DNA of 61,833 bases, the filler included, from Sluysia triapertura (lineage: Eukaryota), in assembly GCA_046118255.1 (NCBI GenBank). It is 5 parts of 5 records of this genome, joined end to end, with 100 filler letters (N's around TTAATTAATTAA, not from the genome) between each part and the next. Parts side by side here need not be neighbours in the genome. Positions count along the whole stretch, not along the records: positions 21,983 to 35,463 come from JBJNIA010038258.1; positions 35,564 to 48,546 come from JBJNIA010067067.1; 3 more parts are not named here. One strand, given 5' to 3'. Positions 26,100-38,780 of the stretch are shown here, piece after piece. The stretch's first letter is position 1; every line of letters begins with the position of its first letter. The position numbers and the translations under genes are program-made. The notes beneath the pieces were generated by a model. It made no database searches, had not been told where the DNA came from, and was given only the letters and a program-made list of their open reading frames with translations.

Positions 26100-26875
26100 T
26101 GGTACTTTTATAAGTTAAATTATGTTGTTATTTTGGAGTCGGACTCATTACGAGTTGCATATATTGTAGTGGAGAAGGATCAGCGAATGATTGAATTCCT
26201 TATTTCCATTAGCATTTTCAAAATATTTGTAGTATTACTAATCTTGATATTATGTGGGTTGAAATCAGGTTCCATTCCGAAATTGATCTCATTTTGGTGT
26301 CTGATTTCAAATTCCGCATTTTCCATATTGTTCGTTATTTTACTGAAAGTGCCATTTATTTTTCTATGCAATGAAAAGCTTTTCGGTTTCAGGAAAGCAA
26401 CAACAGACCTTTTTTACCACCTGGCGCAGTTAACCTTAGGATGTGGACTTTTTGGAATATCTTAACCATCTAATCTTCTGCACGTAATTTCAGTTTCAAA
26501 AAACACTTACAAGACCATATTTAAATAGGCGCATGCTTTCTTCTCGTTCATTTGATGTTTTTAACAGTTGTAGAATTTTTTCCGCATTAAGTTCCAATAG
26601 CAACTTTTTCTCCGTTTAAATAAATTAGATGGTGTTATAGACTGATGAATTTCTTCAAAAAATTGATTAACAAGAACCACCACATACCTGTCGAAATTTC
26701 ATATTTGCCATTTTTACAATAGATTTAACCGTCCTCAACTTGATCGGCTCTGTTTATGGTTCCACTAATCGACTACGGTTTTTTACTACACGTTTTTTTA
26801 GTAATTTTACTTCTTGTTTATATTTTGAGACTTGGTTGATGTTCTTCCTTCTTTTCGTCGTTATTTTGATTCATT
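26100..26875 (-). pseudogene. Unidentified decayed coding sequence
   Basis: ATG at about 26875 (MNQNNDEKKEEHQPSLK) followed by coding-like segments in shifting frames, including ORF 26180-26371; no family recognised. Confidence 0.3.
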
Positions 26876-27273
26876 TTTAAAAATAAATAAAAATAAAAAT
26901 TATAATATATAAATGAAAAAATCCTGGATTTTATGAAAACAAAAATATATTTGTTTGATGTATTTGTTGTCAATTGATTATAGTTGTACCTACAAGGGCT
27001 GATTGTGCATTTTTGATGCAATTAATAATTTTTAGTTCAGTTTTAGGAAGAGCTCATTTAAAAATTCTTTACAGTCAAACCTCTTTTTATGCGGAGATAG
27101 GAACCGTATAAAAAAAGCTTAAAAAATATACCGAAACTTCGAAAATAGCTTTAAAATATTTTGTTTTGCAACACAAAACACGTTTGACTTTATATCGTTT
27201 GATATTAATAACAAAATATTAAATATTAAATATATTCACAAAAACAAGAAATAACAATAAAAAATTATGTATT

Positions 27274-28023
27274 TTATAAGAAATTAATTATGTATCTTGT
27301 CTTTGGTATTTTTTCAAGTGACATTGATAATTCAAAAAACTTTTGATGTACAAATTCTAATCCACGACCAAGTTGAATTAAAAAATAATCATCATCACTT
27401 TCCAAAGATTTATAGAAATTAATATGTTTAACCATTTTTGTATTACTTGACTTCATTTTAGCACTTAATTTTTCCATAAAATCATATGAATGGACTTTTA
27501 ACATATTTGGTTTATGAGTTGAAAGCCAGAAAATATCTAAATCATCAATTATACAAGTCATATTAATTGGAATATATTTCATTGATTTTAACCAATACGA
27601 TTTGGATGGTTTTCCGTTTTTTGAATATAAAGCACTTGCTTCATCAATACAGTTACGATAACATACATAATCAAATAGAGTATTGTCTGGATCAATTAAT
27701 CTCAATATTTCTTTTGTATGCAAAATGTAACTATAAGTACAACCAATAAGATAATACATAGATTTCATTTTTCTCAAAAATGCATTCAATCCTGGACGCA
27801 TTTTAATTAATTTTCTTTCACATTCCAATTGATTATCAAAAACATCTGGATGTAAATTAAAATGCGAAATTTCCAAATTCAAAAATATTCCATGATTCAC
27901 AATTGTATTGTCAAAATCAACAATTAGAAATAATTTCTTGTTTTTTAGAGCATTTTTCTTATTAAAGAAAGTATGAGGTTTTGTATATCTATCCAAACAC
28001 ATTGTCAAAATTAAATCGTTGTC
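27274..28023 (-). CDS. FCP1/CTDP1-like RNA polymerase II CTD phosphatase (NIF/HAD) domain, lacking BRCT
   Basis: LFLIVDFDNTIV (DxDxT), KMRPGLNAFL, ILRLIDPD..LF, CIIDDLDIFW, DDDYFL..L..VH..FF. An in-frame AG acceptor just before 28023 suggests a short upstream exon. Confidence 0.85.
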   Translation of the reverse strand, partial: DNDLILTMCLDRYTKPHTFFNKKNALKNKKLFLIVDFDNTIVNHGIFLNLEISHFNLHPDVFDNQLECERKLIKMRPGLNAFLRKMKSMYYLIGCTYSYILHTKEILRLIDPDNTLFDYVCYRNCIDEASALYSKNGKPSKSYWLKSMKYIPINMTCIIDDLDIFWLSTHKPNMLKVHSYDFMEKLSAKMKSSNTKMVKHINFYKSLESDDDYFLIQLGRGLEFVHQKFFELSMSLEKIPKTRYIINFL

Positions 28024-30224
28024 CTATATTAAAAATATTTTAACAAAAAAACAAATTTAATTTTAAAAGCTATATTTTATTTTCGTTAAAAATTTGTTAA
28101 ATTTGTTAAAAAATTTGAGCAACATGTAAATAAATTTGTTTTATTTGAACATTAATAACTTTAATTATACATTACGGTAAATGAATACGTCAAATTGAAT
28201 TGGATCGTATCTGACTTGAAACTGTTGTGAATTTAAATCAAAATTTAATAAAAATGAATTGATTCTTATTATTAAAAAAATCTTTAAAATAAAACAAAAT
28301 TTCTCACAATTACCACGTTTTACAACATTTTTGCATATTAAAGATGAGTGAATATCTAAATAAAAACATAAAATTCACCTGCCAATTTATTATTTCTTCA
28401 AATATACTAAGTTCTTTAATGGCAATGTTTTTATAAGTTTCTTTTTTAAACAAAACACACTTTGTAAACTTAAATTCAATGCAGGTTATTAATAAATCTA
28501 ATATATTTCCAAATTTGAGTTTTAAATTTTATGCCGTTTATTAAATTGAATATATTTAGTAATTTCAAGAATTATTGTAAATTCATTTATTTTTATAATA
28601 AATTTGGTGTTTTACAAATTAATATGCAAATAATTATAAAATGCACAAAAAAATTCTTTAATTGCATTACTTGGTTGTCTACATCTAACGTAAATCTTAA
28701 TTTCAAATGTTCAAATCAATATTTAACTGAAACATTGTTAACTATTTTAGCACCTTTATTTATTACCATCACCATCACTCTTACCATTATATCCATTTAA
28801 TGGAAATAATGAATTAAATATTTTATCATTTTTGATTCATGTTTCTGTTAATTTAACTTTTTGTGATTAAATCTAAAATTCTCTTTGCTTCTGTTTCTAA
28901 TCTTTTTTATTTGTATCCTTTACATAGAACATTGAGTGTGTCTGAATATTATTTAATATTTTATGAATCTTGTACGTACTTGAAAAATCTTTGTCTTCTA
29001 TTACAAGCTTAAACGTTTGATATAATGTTCTAAACTGCTATGTTAATGTTATCACATTGTATTACACTTAACTAGAAATATGAATTAGTAAACTCGTTCT
29101 CGTTATTTAGGATAGAAGTGCTTAATAATTTATTAGCGATAGTTATGCGACTATGCTTTAACGAACACTCGACTCTAATTGAATTGTATTCATAAATGTT
29201 CAGGTATCAACTTAACACTTAGATAAATTATAATTATTAATAATCCAATTGTAATTATTTAATCCAAAATTTATTATTACAACCTATCACTCTATCTTCA
29301 ACCCTTATGTAACTTACAAATAAAAACAAAAGAATAATTTTAATGAAAATTTGTTATAAATAAAAATAATTTTTTTAAAAGAATTTATAAATAAAGTTTT
29401 TACTATAATTTTAATATTTACTATAATTTTAATAAAATAGTTCTTACTCTGAATCTTTCAGTATATGATTTCTGGATCTTGTAGTGCCCTTCTAAAATGG
29501 TTTCTGAAATGTTGTTTTGAATCGTAATGGTATTTATTGAAATTCCAATAAAATCGTAACTCCTTTTATAATATTTCCAATAATTAACTATTATAGTCAC
29601 GAGTATAAGAATAATTTCAGATATTATAATAGTTAATAATTTCAGATGTAAATAGTATCCAATTATACAAATTAATTATTATAGTCAATTTCAACAAATA
29701 CAAATAAATTATTTTCACTAAGTATTATTACTTTCTTCTCTTAGTTGAAAATTAATTACGTTATTTTATAAAATGACTTACAAAAATGAAAATTACTATG
29801 TAACAAAATGAACACTATTATATATGTATCCGAAGCATGCATTGCATACCACTACGTATGTCTATCATGTATGTATTCACATAATATTGTTACAATATGA
29901 ATGTATTTACACAATGTATATATTATGTATTCGGTAAAATGAATTTATTCTATTAAGCTTCATATAATAAGTAGAAAATTGGAATAAGAAGAAATCATTT
30001 AAACATATCATATTATTTTTAAATGTCATTTCATAAATGCTTACACAAAACGAGCATGATTTATTTTTCTATTTTTCTATCTACCGAAATTTTTTTTGAA
30101 ATGAATTTGATTTAATCGCCTTTTAAATTTATATTATTATTCATAAAAGCCTTCAAATTTTTTAGATTTATTTTTTGTCATTTATTAAAATTTATTTCTG
30201 AAGTCCGTTTTTATTTGAAAAATA

Positions 30225-30705
30225 CAGTTGTGGCCAAATTATTAGACAAAAACAGGAACAATATAGCTTTCTTAGTATTTGCTATCCTAGCCTGGAAACT
30301 CTTTCACGGACAATCTGTGGATGATTGTCAAAAGGATGGAACTTATTGAAACCCTGATAAAAGTAAAGCATCATGATGATGAGATCAATGACTTGTGTCC
30401 CAAGCTCATCCGTGGCATGCCTTTAAGGATCTGGAAATTATTGGATAACAAAAAAGGGCAAACAAAGTACTGATACAACAGTTTGTACATATTTGATTTG
30501 CAGTAAACTGTGTTATCATTCTACGTGAATAAAATTTCTGTATGTTTTGGATTTTTTTGGAAAAAGTAGTTATTTTCCAACATTTTACATTTTCCGTGAC
30601 AACTATCGGTAAAATGGCATGCATTAATAGTTTCGTAGTATCCATAAAAAATGTTGAATTTTATCACAAAAATAGTCTTTAGTTTTAATAATTAGGCCAC
30701 CAAAT
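30225..30705 (+). mobile_element. Internally deleted Tc1-like DNA transposon
   Basis: TA|CAGTTGTGGCCAAATTATTAG left TIR and TAATAATTAGGCCACCAA right TIR; internal remnant PGNS..NLWMIVKR..KLIRGMPLRI..GQTKY* resembles a Tc1 C-terminus. Confidence 0.75.
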
Positions 30706-30774
30706 TTTAAATGTTAAAACTTAAAAATGTTAAATTTTAAAAATATTAAATTTTTTATACATTTATAATTACAG

Positions 30775-32558
30775 AATGGTCGAACACCTTTTCTGATTGC
30801 TTTAGAAAATCAGTCTGTCAATATAATACCTTTATTTGAAACATGTAACTTATTAAATGTTGATAAAGTTAGTTTTTTAATTATCTTAAACATATAAAAG
30901 ATTGTACATAATTAAATAACTGATTGGTGAAAATGATTTTTATTGAATGCGTTACACACAAAACAACGTAATCTTCAAAGAAATGGACGAAAACTTTAAA
31001 ATACCGAGAAAGTCTAAAATTTCTTTTAAAATCTTAAATAATCAATTAAAGAAAGAGAGGTATGGTAATAAATAATAAAATAATAATTATTATTATTAGA
31101 ATTGTTAATAAATAATAAAATAATCGATATACTAAAAATTAAATTTTATATTATTGTTGAAAAAGAAGATAAATGAAAGTAGATAGTGAGTTCATCAGTT
31201 AAATAGTTTTGGATTCTTTTAATTTTTTCAATTTCATCCCAGCGATACTCCTCTGCTCCGTTAAATTTTCTCATTTGTGGTAATGTTAATATGGGACGTA
31301 TATCTTTGACTATTTGAGCCATGTATTCTATGAAGTCATTTGGTATTGCCATGTAATTTCTTAATTTAGCTCTTTAGTCGTATAATACAAGCTGCTTATC
31401 TATTTTTTCTTAAAATTACTTTATAAAATTATTAATACTAATTTGTAACTTATATTCTTTTATATTCTAATTATTCTTAAATTTATTTCTTAATGTTGGA
31501 GTTAATAAAATCGTAATAATTCTTAAACTTATAACTTATTCTTGTAATCTTATTCTTAGAATTTAGTAATTTATTAATTTTTTTATTAATTCTTATATGC
31601 TGGTCCTCATTCTGGGCACCAGTTTATTCTGTAGAAAAAGATAAATGAAATTAACGTATCCATACTTACAAATTATGGTTAGACCGTTTGATTTTAAATA
31701 GAAAGGTAAGCTTACTGGAGGTAAACGAGTTTAAGTTAAACTTATTTTTTATTTTATATTTTGGATAATATTCAACTGGAATTTTAGTGTTTATTCAATT
31801 TAAGTCGCTAATCTTATATGTAAACTCATTATTATTTTAGTATGGTTACTTTTTAAAAGAAACCCTGAAAGTAAAAATTTATTTAGGTTTGTTATTTAAA
31901 TCAAACCTTAAGAAATAATTTATAAAGATTCCTTCTTAAATGGAACCTCAAAGATTATTGTAATATTTTATTTTTTATCTAGTCTGAATTCTTGATCCGA
32001 CTTTTGACGAGGTTAATAGAATTTTATTTTGGTTCCGCTTATTAGCAAGATTACGTTTCTTTTGGATTTTATTGAGATTCTGTTTTTAAATATAACCTGT
32101 GAAATAAAATTTTGAAATAATAATAAGTACGTTTTGAATGTATAATCTATTTATACATATTGATTGACCTTGTTTATTTTGTTTTTGTAACTACTTAACT
32201 TACTTAATTTAAAGAAATAAAATTTTGAAGGTATTATTTGTGATAAAATAAATAAAATTATAAATATTTAAAATTAGAGTAATGCAAAAGAATTAAATTC
32301 AAATAATAATTTTAAACTTACAAATAATAATTATATTCCAGATTACATAAAATCCAAAATACATAAAATCAATGATTTTGTCTGTATTTCATACTGACTA
32401 AATAGAAAGAACATATATATAAATTATATATATAATTTAATATAAATATTAAAATTAAGAACAAAAGAAATGCATGGCACATTGTTGCAAAGAATGGTAA
32501 TGTTGAATTATTAGAAATGTTGTTTAAATACAAATTAAATGAAACTATTAATGATAAG
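30775..32558 (+). CDS. Ankyrin-repeat protein, two phase-0 exons
   Basis: 30775-30867 NGRTPFLIALENQSVNIIPLFETCNLLNVDK and 32460-32558 NKRNAWHIVAKNGNVELLEMLFKYKLNETINDK; both are bounded by AG and GTTAGT, one repeat per exon. Confidence 0.75.
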
Positions 32559-35370
32559 GTTAGTTGTCGATTTATATTATATTTGGGGAAAATAATTGGA
32601 TCTTATTCATATCGTAAAAATAACTAAATTTCATTATTCTAGTGTTTTTTTAAAACAAATCATAAGTGTTCGACTAAATGACTGTATTTTAGATGTTTTT
32701 CTCAGATGAAAAGGTTTGAAATCTTATCTAAAAAGGAAAATGTAATTTTACAGTAAATAATGCGAATTTTAAATGTGTAAACTCATTCTTGAAAATAATC
32801 TTCTCTACTTTTACTTTCAAGTATGATAGCCTTATTTATTAATCAAGCGATGTAATAACCTTTAATTGACTTGTACTCATTCTCGACAGTAATAACATTG
32901 AACACGTTTAAGGTTTGGTGGAATCAATATTACGAACTTTAATCAATTGTCTGTATTATTAAATTATAATTTCAAAGAATCATCACTTATAGTATGAATC
33001 AAAATACTATAAATTACACTTTAATTCAACTATAGAACAATTCATTTTGTTTCACAAATGTATACTTACAAATATTACTATTTTTAATGAAATTTTTACG
33101 AGATACTGAACTGGAAAATCATTATAAAGTTCTTATGATTTCTGTAAGTGATGTTGACATTTTCAACTGCTAATTATTAAAAAATTTTTTAAACCTGGAT
33201 CCACATACAGATTGAGGCTTACGGTTTTTGCTCGGCTCTTACACGATTACTTATTTCTTATTTATTTTCTCTTAACTCACGAGCAAAATACGTTTTATGA
33301 GAAAGATTCTCAATGTATCTATAGGTAATGGAAAAACTTAAATTATGCAAGTCTTTTCTGAATTCAAATCGATAACGATAAGCTATTAATGTTATTAATG
33401 TTTAGCAAATACAAATCGATTTGGAGAATAAAGTACGAATAAATGGAAAAGCCTATTAGTACTTTTATTTTAAATAAGAGTTTAAAACTAGCTTTAAACT
33501 AGTCAAAATATTTATATAATTAAAATGTATTTTAATGCTTTTTTTAAAAAAGGATAAGAAACTTAAACAGAACAAACTTACTGCATATCATGGATAAAAT
33601 AGAATCCAAAAATCCAAAAAAAGTTGCTATTTAACCAAATGTGTAAGAATCATTTTTTTGTTTTGTTTGAAATAATAATTGATTTTTTCTTTTCTAATTC
33701 TTAAACATCTATTTAAAAAAAACGAAAATTTAAGTGCTTATTTAAAACCTTTGGTGTGTGATTTTTATGAAAGTTTTTAACTTATTATACTCTGTTTCAA
33801 AGACAAGGAAATTTAGTCATTTTCCATTATTATTAATAAAATATAAAAATACTTAGAATTTTTACAGTTAATTCACATAAATGGTTTTTTATTATTTTTA
33901 ATACTCAAATAAAAATAGCGGTCATGTCTTTCTTAATGTCCCCTTACTGTACTTTACAATATTCTTGCCAGTTTATTTTTAGTTTTTATTTGTTAAAGTT
34001 ATTATTCGAACGACGCGGGAATTTATACTTGATCACAAGTTTTCTGTATAAAATTCCAAAAAGAAAATCTATAACAATATAATATAAAATTATATTATGA
34101 AATTAATTGTGTTCACTTCTGATCTAAGGCTTATCCACATGATTTTATAGAGCACCTATTTAAAGTAGAGCGTGAAATGGCGTTATGCATTTTTTTGCTT
34201 GGTATTTATATTGTTTCTATAGCAGTAACAGGTGTTACTTTAAATTTTTAATTTACTCTTAAATATTTTTATAATAATTAAATTACGATATATTTTTAAA
34301 TGAAAATTGTATTAATTATTCTGATATTTTAATTGTACCTATTTGAATAGATTCATTTATACTTAATATTTTCAATTTTAATCTATACAAACTTTGAAGG
34401 ATTTTCCTGCATCGGGAACAGCCCTACTCAATAATTAAACTCCCACTGAATGATTTAATAATAATACATTATTCAGTTAAATATAATACAATATAAACAA
34501 GAATGAAATTACAACATGACGTTATGAATTTCGATGGCTTTTTAATAAAATAAAGGTAGAACCAGATGTATGTATTATACTATATATGTATTTTATATAG
34601 TATATAATGAAACACCTACAAACAACTATTATTTCAAAATGAGGCATGTTTTGTATTATAAAACATTGATGACCCAATTAGAGATTTATTATAAATATTC
34701 TAGAATTTTATTTAAAGAAGGGTAATGAAAAATTCACGATTTTTGAGACTATTATATTGTCATTTATTTATCGATCATGTTCATAAGATAAAGTCAGGTG
34801 CACCTAGATCAAAAACCGGTGCTGAAAATTTATGTCGATAAGTAGTACATGAACAAGACGCACTGAATATCTGAAAATCACTTGTCAACGTTATAATGTC
34901 TGCTGTTATTTTGTTAAAAATCCTATTCGAGTAATATCTCAGGACTGGATTCATGATTTATACTCCTATGAGAGACGTACCTATAGAATATCAATTATAA
35001 ATTATCAATATCGGTTCGACTAAATTGTAGACTCTTGAAGATACGCTTCAATTTCTTGAATCATGAATATTCGAATTTCTCGTAATAGCTCTTTATTTTA
35101 CTTTAATTGTGAGGGTCTTTCTCTATTGAGGAGTAGTTTATGTGTTTTCTATTTGTTTTCCATTAAGTCTATTTATCTTTCGAGTATGCGCTATGTGTGT
35201 TTATTTAATCTATCAATTCGTTCCCGTTTTTCGAAACTTTTTTTACCTTCTTTCAAAGATAAATGAAACAAATAAAAGTTTATTACTAAATTTAACCGAT
35301 TAACGAATAACTTTAAATGATGTAAATCAATACTTGATTTCTACTTACAAAAAATAGTAAATATCAAATT

Positions 35371-35463
35371 GTTGGGCTAAAAAGGCCTAAAGTGACATTT
35401 AGTAAAATTGACTATAATAAAATAAAATCGTTAGACGGGCTGCTAGTCCCGAGTTCGATCCCC
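35371..35463 (+). mobile_element. Dispersed repeat with tRNA-like module (copy 3, internally deleted, cut by contig end)
   Basis: GTTGGGCTAAAAAGGCCTAAAGTGACATTT..AATTGACTATAATAAAATAAAATCGTTAGACGGGCTGCTAG joined directly to TCCCGAGTTCGATCCCC. Confidence 0.75.
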
Positions 35464-35563
35464 NNNNNNNNNNNNNNNNNNNNNNNNNNNNNNNNNNNNN
35501 NNNNNNNTTAATTAATTAANNNNNNNNNNNNNNNNNNNNNNNNNNNNNNNNNNNNNNNNNNNN
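35464..35563. other. Artificial contig linker N44-TTAATTAATTAA-N44
   Basis: Same 100-nt cassette. Confidence 0.95.
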
Positions 35564-36429
35564 ATCATTGTCAAAAATTATGAAAAGAATTTGTTCTATT
35601 TTTAATTCAAATGAGTTTAAGGCAATTTTTAATTTAAAGATAATGAAAATAATTTACTTTCAAAGAAATTCATGAAACCTTTGAGAAAATGTTTAAAGCA
35701 ACAATTAATACAAAACTTTTTACGTAGAAAGAGTACTAAAATGTATTTTAGCTATTTTTTGTTTTTTGTTATTAAAAATGACCTGGAATCAATGATGAAG
35801 CTACTCCACTCTGATTAGGGAGAATTAGAACAATATAATAATTTGATATATTCCATTGTAAATCGATAAGTACTCTCAAAAGTTAATATTAAATGATTAA
35901 TTCGAGAAAAAAGAATTCATTTCCATTGATTTAGTTGTTCTTTTTGCAATATCTAGTATTTTGCTGGAATTATTTGAATTTTCAGAAATTTGAAAGTTTT
36001 ATCTGCAGCTTATTTCAGTCATGAATATCTATTTGTCCTGAAATTCCAAGCATGGTAATTTAATGTATAAAACTAATCCTATTTATTTTAATAAAATAAT
36101 CGTTTTATGACTATTTATTGTGAAAATGTAATAAACTATATAAACAAATAAACAAATAAACAAATAAACAAATACACAATAAGCAATTATTTTAAAATAT
36201 TTTTGTATAATTTAGATTATAATTTCTAGTTTCATTTAACAAATTTAATTAATTATAATAAATTTATAAAAATAGCTTAAAATAATTTTTACAACAATCT
36301 TTAAATTATAAAAGAGACAAAATAGTTTTGTTTATCATTATTATTATATTGAGTAGATTGTTATCGAAAAAGAAAATTATAAACAATCTAATGTATACGA
36401 TAAATCATAATGTGAAAATTTAAGAGTTG

Positions 36430-36432
<3 letters not shown>

Positions 36433-36493
<61 letters not shown>
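36433..36493. repeat. (ATT)n microsatellite in Cav2 intron 1
   Basis: Perfect triplet run. Confidence 0.95.
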
Positions 36494-36495
<2 letters not shown>

Positions 36496-36720
36496 AAGGT
36501 ACCAATAATTTCCAGAGCATTTAATGTCAATTAAGTAATTTAAAGCTAAAACATAAAATAATTATTCACAGTTTTTTGGGTATTGAAACAGTTTCAATAC
36601 AAGTTTTTATTTTTAAATTATATGATATTACAAATTAAAAATAATATGAGGTATTTTTGTTAAATCATCTGATTTGTAAATTATTTGTAAATTATTTAAA
36701 TAAAAAAAACCGAAACTATT

Positions 36721-36730
36721 AAAAGGATAT
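36721..36730 (-). promoter_or_regulatory. U12-type (AT-AC) 5' splice site ATATCCTTTT
   Basis: Minus strand GAT TGG GG|ATATCCTTTT; matches the U12 donor consensus at the phase-2 position homologous to the AT-AC intron 1 of Cav2 genes. Confidence 0.85.
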
Positions 36731-37131
36731 CCCCAATCTATAATAATTTTTGCATATTTCCGAATTACATTTTCTTCTGAGAATATAAACAATGATTTGC
36801 AAGTTGATGTTTGCATACCAGGGAAACTCAAATTAATAGTCCGTTTAGCTAATGATCTCATCGAATTATTTTTAGATGCATCATCTAAACTCATCATTTT
36901 ATTTAATGTATCATTTTGTGATGATTGAATTTGGTGATGGTGATGGTGGTGGTGGTGGTGATGATGATGATTGTTATTGTTATTGTTAGTATGATATTTG
37001 TTAGATCCATAATCATATTGTTCATCATCGTGTTCATCACAAGAACTAATATTGTCATCATTTTGGGAATGATCAACCATCTCGGCTAACTGATGCTCGG
37101 TTTCATTACGGTACTGCTGGTTTTTATTCAT
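36731..37131 (-). CDS. Cav2: Voltage-gated calcium channel alpha-1 subunit, Cav2 type (cacophony/UNC-2/CACNA1A-B-like), first coding exon
   Basis: KSLFIFSEENVIRKYAKIIIDWG is the conserved pre-IS1 motif (SLFIFSE.N.IRKYAK.IIEWGPFE); low-complexity poly-N/poly-H N-terminus. Confidence 0.88.
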
Positions 37132-38479
37132 TTTATTGTTAAAACTGCTTTATTTTAATTCTGTTCTTAATCATTTAATTTTATACTTTAGATTATTCCA
37201 GAAAGTATTTTATATAATAATTATACAATCAAGCATAATACAAATGATAATAAAGATAATTATGTTTCACTAATTGGCACAGATTATTATTATTTCTACT
37301 GTAATCCTTCATCATAGTTATTAATCAAATCACGAATCAATATGTATTATAATTGCTAATAATTGTTCTAAATAAAACTGTTTTCGATTTCTGTTATTTC
37401 TGTAATGTATTGAATAAAGATGGTAAAAATAATTCCTGTCAATTTCATAAGTCATATTTTATTTATCAATAAAATAGTTAATTTGTATATACATGAATAG
37501 AGGCATTATACTATATTATTTACTATTAAGAATAATATGCCAAATAATATAGCAATGATTGTACAAAATTATATAGAAATCATTAATTGAGGATAGAAAT
37601 TCAATTTTCACATTCTCTACTAATATATTATTATAAAGCATGTGATGATATTAGACACGATAAATTTTAATAGTAATATTTGTGTGTTGTCGAAGAGTTA
37701 ACTTTCTCTTTCAATATTTTCTATAAAGAAACACACAATCATTTGAGAATACACACAGCTATTACTAAATACTTTCTCAAATATGGATTATATATACACA
37801 CAAACTCTTTGTTGTATTAAAACAAAAATGCATACTCAAAAAGTATCGAAAATGCGTTATAATTTGGGCTACTGAAATATATTATTTATCTGTCTAACTA
37901 CTCATGTGTGCTTTATTATCATTATTATACCAATATTATAAATATTAAAATTATTTCCTGGAATAAGTGCATAAATTTGAAGTCACGAAATACTAAAATA
38001 AACATTGTTTAATTTCATGATTTTACTGATTCTATTTTTAATCTTCGTCTATCAAAAAGGTATACATGCATTGCACATTATGCGGGTCCCATAAATATAC
38101 TAGGGTTTACTATATAAAATGTCAGTAGCGTATTACTAGAAAATAACTAGTGAAATTTACACTCGGGTCCGACTGGCAAGGGAAAGGTTAACGATTAAAA
38201 AAACTTAATTTTTTCTTAAAAGTTATGAACAACATTAAATCTAGCTAAAACCTAGTTATGTCAGTTTCAGCATTGAATAAAGTCAATTTTAAACCCAGGT
38301 TGTGAAATTTCAGAAAAATAAATTTGATAAGATAATGTTAAAAACATAATGATTGTGTTGGTTCAACCTTACTATTTAAAATTTCCTTCCACACAAATGA
38401 ACAAACATCACATATATTAGACTAAACATTAAATAAATGCACAATATAATCATTCCAACAGCTCAATATATTAAATCTC

Positions 38480-38780
38480 TGAAATTTAAAATTTAATATT
38501 GATATAATAAGATAACAAGAAATTTCTATAAAAACAATCTCAATTATTCCTAACTTTCTATCATATTTTATTTCTTTTCTTTCCAACTAAAGAAAATTGA
38601 ACAAGTTACCCATATATAAAAAAAGCAAGCAGCTACCAAAGCAATCATCAGAACGACGTTCCGATCATCAAATTTTACAAAGAGATTTAACAGTTCCTCT
38701 CCAATCCAGAACAAATCATAGTAATTGTCTTCCTCGATTAAAAGAATATATATAAAACTGAGATCGGACAATGGAACAAC
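38480..38780 (-). mobile_element. Possible pogo/Tigger DDE remnant
   Basis: IWVTCSIF and DRNVVLMI resemble the AWMT..IF and RKVLL motifs; highly degenerate. Confidence 0.3.

Noticed and set aside
36628-36730. C-terminal 34 codons of the 167-aa ORF as protein
   Set aside because: Read-through into the U12 intron; Cav homology stops at WG
7363-37131. Calcium-signalling gene cluster (copine plus Cav2)
   Set aside because: The genes are on different contigs separated by artificial linkers
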